From contig CAZGHN010000003.1 in NCBI GenBank assembly GCA_964525555.1, forward strand, positions 160 through 64,159: a stretch of 64,000 bases of DNA. Reading direction: 5' to 3'. Below, piece after piece: positions 63,262 to 64,000 of the stretch. Origin of the DNA: an uncultured bacterium (GTDB taxonomy: Bacteria > Hydrothermota > UBA3072). The notes under the pieces were generated by a model that searched no databases, was not told where the DNA came from, and saw only the letters and a list, made by a program, of their open reading frames with translations. A program made the position numbers and the translations under genes. Position 1 is the stretch's first letter; each line of letters starts with the position of its first letter.

Positions 63262-63876
63262 ATGAAAAAACCTAAGATAAGAGAACTAGGTGAGGCGATA
63301 AAGGCTGTAGTTAAAGGACCGTATACAACAAAATTTCCTTTTGAAGCGCCTGATATTATTCCTGAATTCCGCGGGTTCCCTGAGTATCAGGATGCTGATT
63401 GCGTAAGATGTGGGGCGTGTGCAGAAGTTTGTCCTGCGCGTGCTATTGAAGTGGAAGAGTACGAAAAAGACGGAAAAAAATTCAGGAAAGTTCGTTTTCT
63501 TTATGATGTTTGTCTCCTCTGCGGTCAGTGCGGAGCTCTTTGTACAACCGGTAAAGGTATAGTATATACTAATAATTACGCTAAGAATACCCTGGATAGA
63601 AGCGAGGTGATTCAGGAGGTAGAGGATGAATTGGTTGAATGCGAGAAGTGCGGAGAGATTATATCTACAAAACTCCATCTTGACTGGATTGCCGACAGAC
63701 TCGGAGAAAAGGCATATGCTAACCCAACTATTATTCTGGCGAAACAGGTTAAAATGAAAATTTCAGATGAAGAAGGAAGAGCTAAGGACTCTTGCGAATT
63801 TACCAGAGAGGATTGGTATAAAGTTCTTTGTCCGGATTGTAGGCGAGCTGCCTGGATGAAGGAAAACTTCCAGTAA
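63262..63876 (+). CDS. NuoI/HycF/MbhN-like 2x[4Fe-4S] subunit with a C-terminal extension carrying two CxxC pairs
   Basis: CVRCGACAEVCP and CLLCGQCGALC. The extra motifs are CEKCGE....CPDCRR. Confidence 0.75.
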   Translation: MKKPKIRELGEAIKAVVKGPYTTKFPFEAPDIIPEFRGFPEYQDADCVRCGACAEVCPARAIEVEEYEKDGKKFRKVRFLYDVCLLCGQCGALCTTGKGIVYTNNYAKNTLDRSEVIQEVEDELVECEKCGEIISTKLHLDWIADRLGEKAYANPTIILAKQVKMKISDEEGRAKDSCEFTREDWYKVLCPDCRRAAWMKENFQ

Positions 63877-63905
63877 GATTCATTTGCCATAAAGGCAAAT
63901 GAATC
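63877..63905 (+). terminator. perfect 12-bp hairpin immediately after the operon stop (terminator-like, no T run)
   Basis: gattcatttgcc-ataaa-ggcaaatgaatc, followed by the stutter run agtcatc agtcacg agtcattt gtcgag agtcaaaaag. Confidence 0.4.
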
Positions 63906-64000
63906 AGTCATCAGTCACGAGTCATTTGTCGAGAGTCAAAAAGCCCCCCAAGCCCTAAAAGAAGATTAAATTATATTAATATCGAAAATGCTTTTCCTAT

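Overview
AT-rich, gene-dense window that looks like an uncultivated diderm anaerobe (Tol-Pal, Pal/OmpA, a beta-barrel OMP). No rRNA, CRISPR array, transposase or integrase was seen, and there is one tRNA. Layout: (1) 1-16.1 kb is almost entirely minus strand. It holds a partial Ser/Thr kinase-NTPase fusion, a frameshifted TIM-barrel pseudogene, a glycan cluster (radical SAM/SPASM, flippase, FemAB-like), panB, LysM and DUF1844 proteins, tRNA-Val, a HEAT/HD-GYP/GT4 operon, a PLD-type nuclease and an orphan gcvPB with a long structured leader. (2) 16.8-20.7 kb carries PBP1A, a MotB/OmpA-like protein and serA. (3) 20.9-32.2 kb is an expanded stressosome-type locus. It has four PAS-STAS (RsbR-like) paralogs built from shuffled PAS modules, RsbS, RsbT and a pseudokinase-PP2C. 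A second tier follows: REC-PAS, a non-phosphorylatable STAS, a hybrid histidine kinase with a degenerate RsbT-like N-domain, and REC-DHp. No sigma factor is present. (4) 32.5-43.6 kb is a V-type ATPase operon split by a repeat-filled spacer, with USP, PtsN-like, EndoQ-like and HIT genes coupled to its end. (5) 43.7-47.8 kb is pal-ybgF-tolQRA-tolB. (6) 50.4-63.9 kb is a 17-gene, tightly overlapping operon. It joins an AsrA/AsrB (HydB/HydG)-like module, a degenerate molybdopterin-oxidoreductase-like subunit, a bona fide group 4 [NiFe] hydrogenase core and a complete Mrp antiporter module. Most larger intergenic spacers outside the stressosome locus are filled with unusual 'stutter' runs of drifting 6-9 nt words. 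These often form inverted arms, and one ~85-nt module is shared between two distant loci. All calls rest on reading the sequence and translations; no database search was run.
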